From: a virus
Taxonomy: Duplodnaviria; Caudoviricetes
Length of the DNA stretch: 58,885 bases
Direction: 5' to 3' (one strand)
IMG/VR virus record: IMGVR_UViG_3300028840_003635
Location: 1 to 58,885 of that record
Positions 51,910-58,885 of the stretch are shown here, piece after piece. A model generated the notes under the pieces. That model worked only from the letters and a program-made list of their open reading frames with translations, was not told where the DNA came from and did not search any database. The number at the start of each line of letters is the position of its first letter. Positions within the stretch are counted from its first letter, which is position 1. The position numbers and the translations under genes were made by a program.

Positions 51910-52442
51910 TGGATACTTATGAAAATAAAATAAAGGGAATGATGGGAGCAAAGGATTTGATGTGGCTTTACAATATTGCTCAAAAAATGAACAGCATAGT
52001 GGAGATTGGCTGTTGGTCTGGCAAAAGTACTCATGCCTTATTGTCTGGGTGCAAGGGAACTGTATACGCTGTTGATCACTGGATTGGTAGTAGTTACAGC
52101 AACCTTACAAAAGGAGAAAAAGAAATTCACGATCTTGCTATAAGCGGAAAGGTGTTTGACAAGTTTAAGAGGAATGTTGGTCATTTTAAAAACTTAAAAA
52201 TTCATAAAATGGAAAGCATGAAGGCTGTAAAAAAATTCAAAAACAAGTCAGTTGATATGGTTTTTATAGATGGGTGTCATAGGTACAAAGATGTTTGCGA
52301 CGACATTAAAGGATGGTTACCTAAAACGAGAAAACTAATTTGCGGGCATGATATTGCTCATGGACCGGTAAAAAAAGCTGTTGATGAACTAATAGGAGAA
52401 CACGAACTAACAGAGCAAAATATATGGTTTAAGTGGTTGTGA
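51894..52442 (+). CDS. Class I SAM methyltransferase (Methyltransf_24-like)
   Basis: VEIGCWSGKS, FIDGCH and GHD motifs. Confidence 0.88.
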   Translation: MEKDMMDTYENKIKGMMGAKDLMWLYNIAQKMNSIVEIGCWSGKSTHALLSGCKGTVYAVDHWIGSSYSNLTKGEKEIHDLAISGKVFDKFKRNVGHFKNLKIHKMESMKAVKKFKNKSVDMVFIDGCHRYKDVCDDIKGWLPKTRKLICGHDIAHGPVKKAVDELIGEHELTEQNIWFKWL

Positions 52443-53182
52443 TGATGAAGCATTATTTATTAACAAGATATAATTGCGGATTATATTCTGGAGTGGGATT
52501 TGTTGATAAGAATGGGAATAGTATAAATTGCTATGCAGACAAATGGATGGAGCATAGGTTTAATTTATTCTCAAAAGTGTGTTTACCTTCTATAAAAAAT
52601 CAAACCAATCAGTCGTTCGACTGGATTGTTGTTTTGGACAAAAAAACTCCCAAGCATTTCAAGGAACAGCTTGAGGCTTGCAAAACAATACGAAAGTTTA
52701 AGATATTATACGACAAAGAGGAGGCAAGAACAGTCCCATTATCTTATATAAAAAACGATATTAAAGATGAGAATTGTATAACATCGAGAGTCGATAATGA
52801 TGATGCTCTTCACAAAAGGTTTATGGAGATTGTTGCTCAAGAAGCAGAAGATAATATGGGCAACGCCATTCTTTTTGCAAATGGGTGTTATTATGATGTA
52901 TCACAAAAAACCATGAGCCTTCACAGCTACCCGTTAAACCCTTTTATGTCTTTACCTAACAATCCAAGCAGAGACAAGTCTATTGTTTGGAGTGTAGATC
53001 ATGGTAGCATAGGAGACATATCTAAGGGTGTATTTACAATACACTGTCAACCTATGTGGCTATCTACTGTTCATTTATATAACAGGAAAAATACTTTAAG
53101 AGGTAAGATGGTGGAGATGCAATCTGAAATAGAAAACTACTTAAAAAACTTTTCTATAAACATGGAGCTTGAAATAATATGA
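52433..53182 (+). CDS. Putative rhamnosyltransferase-like GT-A protein
   Basis: RFNLF...CLPSIKNQT..F.W and SRVDNDD motifs. Confidence 0.75.
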   Translation: MVVMMKHYLLTRYNCGLYSGVGFVDKNGNSINCYADKWMEHRFNLFSKVCLPSIKNQTNQSFDWIVVLDKKTPKHFKEQLEACKTIRKFKILYDKEEARTVPLSYIKNDIKDENCITSRVDNDDALHKRFMEIVAQEAEDNMGNAILFANGCYYDVSQKTMSLHSYPLNPFMSLPNNPSRDKSIVWSVDHGSIGDISKGVFTIHCQPMWLSTVHLYNRKNTLRGKMVEMQSEIENYLKNFSINMELEII

Positions 53183-53664
53183 AAAAAAGAAAAAAGAATC
53201 CAACAGGGATAATGATTCATTGTTCTGATTCTTCTCATGGAGACAAAGACCTTATAAAGAAATGGCATACATCAGGGAATGGATGGGAAGATATTGGCTA
53301 CAACTGGATAATTACTAACGGATGTCGGTTAGCTCACAAGTATAAGAAGGAGAACGATGGAATAATAGAAAAGGGAAGGGACGTTAAATATGCAGGAGCA
53401 CATGCACGAGGGTATAATGAAAGCCATCTCGGTATATGCTTAGTTGGATCTCATCATTTTACACCAAAGCAGTTTGAATCCCTGTTTGAATTGTTAAGAA
53501 AATTGCAAACTTCTAATCTTGTAGATTATTTTATACCTGGATGTAAAATAAGGAATAAGAATATTTTAGGGCATTATGAAGTAAATAAAAACAAGACCTG
53601 TCCTAATATAGATATGGAATGGTTAAGACAACAAATAGATTTAAACCTGAACGAAAGGAAGTGA
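53179..53664 (+). CDS. N-acetylmuramoyl-L-alanine amidase endolysin (T7 lysozyme-like)
   Basis: IHCS, GWEDIGY, GAHARGYN, GH..V..KTCP. Confidence 0.92.
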   Translation: MKKRKKNPTGIMIHCSDSSHGDKDLIKKWHTSGNGWEDIGYNWIITNGCRLAHKYKKENDGIIEKGRDVKYAGAHARGYNESHLGICLVGSHHFTPKQFESLFELLRKLQTSNLVDYFIPGCKIRNKNILGHYEVNKNKTCPNIDMEWLRQQIDLNLNERK

Positions 53665-53665
53665 A

Positions 53666-53992
53666 ATGCCTGATCCTATAGTAGCAACAGATCCGACAGC
53701 TTTTACTATGGCAAGTGGTACTCTTGGATACATAGTTTTGAGAACACTTTATGATATCAAGAAGTGGATGAATATGAGAAACGGGAATAATCCTCATCCT
53801 ACAAAAGAGTATGTTGACAGCATAATATCTAATCAGAGGACAGATTGTTCCGGCAAGATAGAATCTATTTTCAGGAAGGTTGATGCTATGAGGGACTCTC
53901 ACGAAAAGTTTGAGAAAACAATGATAGCAGACGTCTCTGTTTTAAAAAGCAATGTTGAAAGAATAGATAAAAAATTAGATAGAATGAGTTAG
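53666..53992 (+). CDS. Putative holin-like membrane/coiled-coil protein
   Basis: Follows the endolysin; short hydrophobic N-terminus plus coiled coil. Confidence 0.4.
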   Translation: MPDPIVATDPTAFTMASGTLGYIVLRTLYDIKKWMNMRNGNNPHPTKEYVDSIISNQRTDCSGKIESIFRKVDAMRDSHEKFEKTMIADVSVLKSNVERIDKKLDRMS

Positions 53993-54005
53993 GCACGTAT
54001 CTTGC
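53991..54005 (+). promoter_or_regulatory. Sigma-54 (-24/-12) promoter motif
   Basis: AGGCACGTATCTTGC, about 50 bp before start 54054. Confidence 0.7.
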
Positions 54006-54053
54006 ATTGGATAATGTCTGTATGTATGTAAAATTATAAAAGGAGAAAAGCCA

Positions 54054-55082
54054 GTGTCAGAGAATAATGCTCCTGTTGAAGTATACAACATAGTTGATAT
54101 TATTCCGGCAAAACTTTTAGCATCAAAACTTGGTGTAACTGAAAGGGTTGTTAATTTTTGGAAACACAGGGAACGGGGAATATCAGAACAAAATCAAAGG
54201 AAAATATTAAAACTTAAAGACCTTGCAAAAAGAGTAGAGAATGGAAGTTATGAGAGTTACTCTACTAAAGGACTGGGTATTCAGTTAAATGTTATCAAGT
54301 TTGACCTGCCTTTAAAAACAAGATATCAAGACATTGCCTTTATAGGGGATGTCCATGATGGATATCCTACACATAACAGGGAACTGTATTTAAAGTCATT
54401 AAGATATTGTTCACAGTTTAAGATACCTATTATTTTTATGGGTGATATTAACGAATATGGTATGCCTAATTCGCCAGGCACTTCTAAGTTTACACAAGAT
54501 CCTGTTAATGACCAGATAAAGCAGACCAAAGAGGATTTAAAGCCTCTGGTTGACGCTGGTCTTGTTAAGGGATGGATAAACGGAAACCATGAAAGCAGGA
54601 TAATGAATATCACTGGCGTTGATATATCGGAGCTTATCTGTGATTCTTTAAAGATTCCTTATTTAAGGGATGCCTGCTGGAACGCAGTAAGGGTAGGAGG
54701 TCAATGGTATTCAGTTTATACAATTCATGGTTCGTCAGGGGCTATATATACAGAAACTAAATTAGGATATTATATGAAGATGTCCAACAATTTTGATTGT
54801 GATTTGTTGGTTGGTGCTCATGTCCATGAACTTGCTAATACAGAAAAGAGAATACAGAGCATTGATTTTGGGAGATTAAAGGTGGTTGAGAAGGTTAAAT
54901 CTATTGCAATAACGGGGTCGTATATAGAGTATTCTGGGAGTTATGGCATGAAAAAGGGATGGGCTATACCTCAGCTTGGTAGTTGCAAGGCAAGATTTTA
55001 TACTGATGAGCACAAGATAACAATACACAATCTGTTTGCAGGTAAAGAATCGAAGCCTACAGAATGGAAGGAGGAAAAATGA
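54054..55082 (+). CDS. Calcineurin-like metallophosphoesterase with N-terminal HTH
   Basis: DVH, GD, GNHE, HG and AHVH motifs; LASKLGVTERVVNFW HTH. Confidence 0.88.
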   Translation: MSENNAPVEVYNIVDIIPAKLLASKLGVTERVVNFWKHRERGISEQNQRKILKLKDLAKRVENGSYESYSTKGLGIQLNVIKFDLPLKTRYQDIAFIGDVHDGYPTHNRELYLKSLRYCSQFKIPIIFMGDINEYGMPNSPGTSKFTQDPVNDQIKQTKEDLKPLVDAGLVKGWINGNHESRIMNITGVDISELICDSLKIPYLRDACWNAVRVGGQWYSVYTIHGSSGAIYTETKLGYYMKMSNNFDCDLLVGAHVHELANTEKRIQSIDFGRLKVVEKVKSIAITGSYIEYSGSYGMKKGWAIPQLGSCKARFYTDEHKITIHNLFAGKESKPTEWKEEK

Positions 55083-55423
55083 GAGTCTATGTAGCAGGAG
55101 CATACAGTGCTGATAATGTAATAGATGTTTTAAACAACATAAGGGAGGGCATAAAAGCATCAGCAAAATTATTAAAGTTAGGACATGAACCTTTCTGTCC
55201 TTTTCTCGATTATCAATTTCAGTTCTTTGAGCCTGAATTAGAGGTTGAAGATTATTACAGGTATTCGATAGCATGGCTAGAGGTATCACAAGCCATGATA
55301 GTTCTTCCTGATTATGAAGAAAGTAAAGGCACTTTAAACGAAATATGGACAGCGAAAGAGCTAGAGATTCCAACATTTTACAGTATGCAGGATTTTTTGG
55401 AGTGGTGTGGACACAATGACTAA
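55079..55423 (+). CDS. Nucleoside 2-deoxyribosyltransferase-fold protein (DUF1937/DUF4406-like)
   Basis: VYVAGAYS...PFCP...SKGTLNE. Confidence 0.7.
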   Translation: MRVYVAGAYSADNVIDVLNNIREGIKASAKLLKLGHEPFCPFLDYQFQFFEPELEVEDYYRYSIAWLEVSQAMIVLPDYEESKGTLNEIWTAKELEIPTFYSMQDFLEWCGHND

Positions 55424-55801
55424 AAGAGAAAAAGAAGATGTGCCTGTTATAATAACCTTTAGCAATAATGAAGTTACAATGACGGTTGAGTGGTATGACA
55501 GCATCGAGGATTACTTTAAGGCGATGGAGGAAGAACTAAATGAGTAATGATAGAAAAGAAGATCCTTACTGGCATATCAAAAGAAGCAAAAGGTTTTGCA
55601 GGGATAAGCAGATAGAGAAGTATCAAAAGGAACTGGATCTATTATTATCAACTACAAAGTATCCAGGTAAAAATGTTCAGCAAGAAATTGACGACAGGAT
55701 AGATTTCCTGAAGTCTGAAATTATCAATATAAACAAGAAATATGAAAAGATATTAAAGGATATTGAGGAAGTGCATACAGAGCATACATAGTACCTCCCT
55801 T

Positions 55802-55876
55802 GACCCGTCCTGAAAGTGTTCCTGTTTGATACAGGTTACACTTTAGGGTAGACTGATAACCTATCTGGGACGGGTC
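55802..55876. other. Intergenic branched RNA/DNA structure
   Basis: GACCCGTCC/GGACGGGTC closing stem with two internal hairpins. Confidence 0.5.
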
Positions 55877-56233
55877 TCCCTCCTTGTATTTTTTCAAGAA
55901 AAGGAGAAAAAATGCCGTTAGATTATTTTCCGCGCTTAAAATTGGAGATTGAAGGGTTAAAGCACAGTGTTGTCCATGCGTTTTCTGATCGTTCAGAAGA
56001 AATAAAGAAATATGCCTGTAATGTCATCGATGCGTCTTTAAATCATTTAAAGGAAAAAGGGTTAGAACAGGTAATAATTAAATGTGTTGATGATTGTTTA
56101 AGGGATGCTATAGATTGCGGTATAAGGGATATTGTGAAAGACGAAGTTTCGGAATATTTTAGATCAGGGAAAGGTTCAGAATTGCTGGTTAATTCCATAA
56201 GAGAACATTTGAATAATTTTTCATAAAGTAAAC

Positions 56234-56248
56234 TGGCACGGTTATTGC
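56234..56248 (+). promoter_or_regulatory. Sigma-54 (-24/-12) promoter motif
   Basis: TGGCACGGTTATTGC, matches consensus; 49 bp before ATG 56297. Confidence 0.8.
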
Positions 56249-56296
56249 ATTAAGAAGAATTTATGAAACAGAATATTTTTATCATTCGGAGGAGAC

Positions 56297-57952
56297 ATGG
56301 GAGAAATATACAACAGATGTAAGTGCGCAGGACTGATAAAACAACGATACCCAAATCCTGATGAACTTAAACAGTTTGAAGAATGGTTGTTAGATGCAAA
56401 CGAAAAAGACAAAGAACTTATTCCTACCTGTGAAAACACTCTGAAGCAATTCAACTCTTTAGGATTAAGGTTATCATCAGATAAAGACCCCTGCGAGTCC
56501 TGTCCTATTGTAGAAGTAAAGCCAAAGGATTTCAGACCTTTAGAACTGAATGGAAAATTTGCAGAGAAATTGCCTTCTGTTCCAAAATTTCCTATCGAGA
56601 TCATACCGGAACCTTTTAAGTCTTATATACAAGATGTTGCGAACAGTGTTGACTGTATGATTGAATATGTTGCAATGGCAATGCTTGTATATTGGAGTGC
56701 AGTAGTAGGATTAAAACAGGAAATTGTTATAAAGGATGACTGGATAGAACCCTGTATGATTTGGGGAGCAATAATTGGACTTCCATCTTCAGGAAAAACG
56801 CCTGGCATAGATAAATGCAGGACTTTTATCAGGGAACTGGAGTATAAGTCAAGGAAAAATTATGAGAATAAGATGGAAGAGTATGAAAGACAAATGGCAG
56901 AGTTTGAGCTGGAAAGCAAGGGTAATATAAAAATAGATAAGCCTGAGCTTCCTGAACTGCATCGCTATGAAATACAGGATGCAACAAGAGAGGCTTCCAG
57001 TAAGATGATGTATAAAAACCCTAACGGAATTATAATGTCTCAGGATGAACTCTCTGCTTTTTTTACAGGATTGGATCAATACAAAAAAGGCAACGCAGGG
57101 GCAGACAGGCAATTCTGGCTAACAGCGTGGAGTTCAAAACAAATAACAGTTGATAGGGTATCATCAGAGGATTATTTCATAGAAAAACCTTTTTGTTCTA
57201 TTATAGGGGCTTTGCTACCGGACTACTTAAAGATGTTTAGAGATCCAAAAGCAGGGTATGTTGAGGACGGCATGACTGCAAGATTTTTGTTTTTATATCC
57301 CAAAGAACATATACCTTTTTTTAAAAGAGAATCCAGGATAAAACAAGAAAACCATGACGCTGTTCAGGAGTGCTTTAAATGGATGGATGAAACTGTGTTT
57401 ATAAAGGACAGATATAATATAAATACAGATGGCTATGTTAAATTATCTACTCAAAACAATACAGCAAAACTCTATACTGAATGGGTGAACGGTGTTCACA
57501 GGAGACAGATGGAAAAGGAGATACCAGAGGACCTAAAAATTCACTGGGGTAAGTTGGGAGCCTATGTTCCAAGATTGGCTCTGTTGTTTCATACAATGCG
57601 AGAAGCAAGGGCAAAAAAGATTATACCCTATATGATGGATGAAAGCATGGAGAGAGCGATCAACATTATCGAGAAGTGCTTTAAGCCTCATATTAAAAAA
57701 GTCTATTATGTCAAGAGTTTAACAAGGGACGAAAAAATAGCGTATAAGTTATACGATTGGATGGTTAGCAAAGGAGAGTCCTTATATTATCTAACAGATT
57801 TAAACCAGAGATTTAAGCCTAATGGCAAGGGTTTGGGTATAGGGACCATAACAATTATGTGTGAGATTCTTGACGTTCATGGCAGGGGTAAGATTTTCAC
57901 AAAGAAGAAGATGAAGTATATTTATGTGTTCAAGGAGAATCGTAATGCTTGA
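56297..57952 (+). CDS. DUF3987/YfjI-family ATPase (replication helicase-like)
   Basis: GLPSSGKT Walker A, DATREA, QDEL, DG.TARFL. Confidence 0.85.
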   Translation: MGEIYNRCKCAGLIKQRYPNPDELKQFEEWLLDANEKDKELIPTCENTLKQFNSLGLRLSSDKDPCESCPIVEVKPKDFRPLELNGKFAEKLPSVPKFPIEIIPEPFKSYIQDVANSVDCMIEYVAMAMLVYWSAVVGLKQEIVIKDDWIEPCMIWGAIIGLPSSGKTPGIDKCRTFIRELEYKSRKNYENKMEEYERQMAEFELESKGNIKIDKPELPELHRYEIQDATREASSKMMYKNPNGIIMSQDELSAFFTGLDQYKKGNAGADRQFWLTAWSSKQITVDRVSSEDYFIEKPFCSIIGALLPDYLKMFRDPKAGYVEDGMTARFLFLYPKEHIPFFKRESRIKQENHDAVQECFKWMDETVFIKDRYNINTDGYVKLSTQNNTAKLYTEWVNGVHRRQMEKEIPEDLKIHWGKLGAYVPRLALLFHTMREARAKKIIPYMMDESMERAINIIEKCFKPHIKKVYYVKSLTRDEKIAYKLYDWMVSKGESLYYLTDLNQRFKPNGKGLGIGTITIMCEILDVHGRGKIFTKKKMKYIYVFKENRNA

Positions 57953-58688
57953 AATAAACAAAGTCTATCATGGTGATTGTTTGAAGGTAATGCAGGGCAT
58001 ACCGGATAAGTCGATTGACATGATCAACTGCGACCTTCCTTACGGAACAACCGCTTGCAAGTGGGATACGATAATACCTTTTGAGCCTTTATGGGAACAA
58101 TACAAAAGGATTATTAAGGATAACGGAGCGATTGTATTATCAGCTTCACAGCCTTTTACCAGTAAACTTGTTATGAGCAATTTAAAGATGTTTAAGTATG
58201 AGTGGATATGGGCTAAATCCAAAGCGACTGGACATCTTGACTCTAATCGAAAGCCATTGAGATCACACGAAAACATTTTAGTGTTTTATAAAAACCTTCC
58301 CACTTACAATCCTCAAATGACAAAAGGGGAAAAACATCACAGGAGTCAAAAAAAACAGTCAAAACAAACAGAAGTTTATGGGAGATTCAAATTTGATCTT
58401 TATTATAGTGATGAATATTATCCTAAAACGATTCAATTTAAGAATGTCCAAGAAAATGCGATTCACCCAACCCAAAAACCAGTAGCTTTATACGAGTACC
58501 TAATCAGGACTTATACTAATGAAGGCGATACGGTATTAGATAATTGCGCTGGTTCAGGCACTACTGCCATTGCCTGTATCAACCTTAACCGCAATTATAT
58601 TCTAATCGAAAAAGAGAAGAAATACGTTGACATTTGTAACCAGAGGATTAGGGAAGCACAGCAACAAACAAGGATTGATTTTAAATGA
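57945..58688 (+). CDS. Beta-class N6/N4 DNA methyltransferase
   Basis: DLPYG, HPTQKP and DNCAGSGTT motifs. Confidence 0.93.
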   Translation: MLEINKVYHGDCLKVMQGIPDKSIDMINCDLPYGTTACKWDTIIPFEPLWEQYKRIIKDNGAIVLSASQPFTSKLVMSNLKMFKYEWIWAKSKATGHLDSNRKPLRSHENILVFYKNLPTYNPQMTKGEKHHRSQKKQSKQTEVYGRFKFDLYYSDEYYPKTIQFKNVQENAIHPTQKPVALYEYLIRTYTNEGDTVLDNCAGSGTTAIACINLNRNYILIEKEKKYVDICNQRIREAQQQTRIDFK

Positions 58689-58713
58689 TTTATGTCTTTA
58701 AGGAAAGGAGGGA

Positions 58714-58885
58714 ATGATGACAACTAAAAAAACTGATCTATATGAATGTGATGAGTGCGGTTCTTTCACAAACACAGATCCAAACCTTTTTCGGAAACTA
58801 ACGGGAAATGTGAAAAATGCTGTTGACTCAAATGTGTCACTAAAAGATGATAAAATTTACTGTGTTCCATGTTTTTTGAAGATGA
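58714..58885 (+). CDS. Small zinc-finger-like protein spanning the circular junction (continues to TGA at 234-236)
   Basis: AAGGAGG then ATG at 58714; reads MMTTKKTDLYECDECGSF...YCVPCFLKMKCG...HKST* across the junction; two CxxC motifs. Confidence 0.7.
   Translation, partial: MMTTKKTDLYECDECGSFTNTDPNLFRKLTGNVKNAVDSNVSLKDDKIYCVPCFLKM
58742..58885. repeat. Terminal direct repeat (right copy)
   Basis: Identical to 1-144. Confidence 0.97.

Noticed and set aside
19001-58276. Numerous short minus-strand ORFs opposite the main rightward genes
   Set aside because: They are shadow frames of well-supported + strand genes and show no motifs.
1-58885. Alternative genetic code explained by the odd tRNAs
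   Set aside because: Genes read cleanly in the standard code with all three stops used, and conserved Gly motifs use GGG (e.g. GG in ClpP INSSGG), so the tRNAs are better seen as element cargo.

Overview
This window appears to be a complete ~58.7-kb tailed dsDNA bacteriophage genome: bases 1-144 repeat exactly at 58742-58885, and an ORF reads through the junction. It is siphovirus-like, and its peptidoglycan amidase indicates a bacterial host. The layout is a rightward recombination/replication block (0.8-10.1 kb), a leftward block of small genes plus a beta-clamp-like gene (12.4-18.1 kb), then terminase, head and tail genes, a 10-gene glycosylation/modification cluster, lysis genes, a DUF3987 helicase-like gene and a DNA methyltransferase. 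I recognised no integrase, DNA polymerase, reverse transcriptase or CRISPR array. Three things stand out. (1) A 2.14-kb non-autonomous IS1-family-like element (18-bp TIRs, 8-bp TSD) carries two tRNAs whose aminoacylation identity disagrees with their anticodon: an Ala-type G3.U70 acceptor with anticodon UAU (Ile), and a Leu/Ser-type long-variable-arm body with anticodon CCC (Gly). It also carries a predicted antisense transcript covering both, a small membrane ORF with a sequestered RBS, and an MTase-Mrr fusion. This is a candidate mistranslating-tRNA toxin/defence module. (2) Seven sigma-54-type -24/-12 promoter motifs head most gene blocks, with no recognisable phage-encoded activator. (3) There is a large candidate virion-glycosylation system with a mucin-like Thr-rich protein. 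All protein calls come from motif recognition by eye, not database searches.
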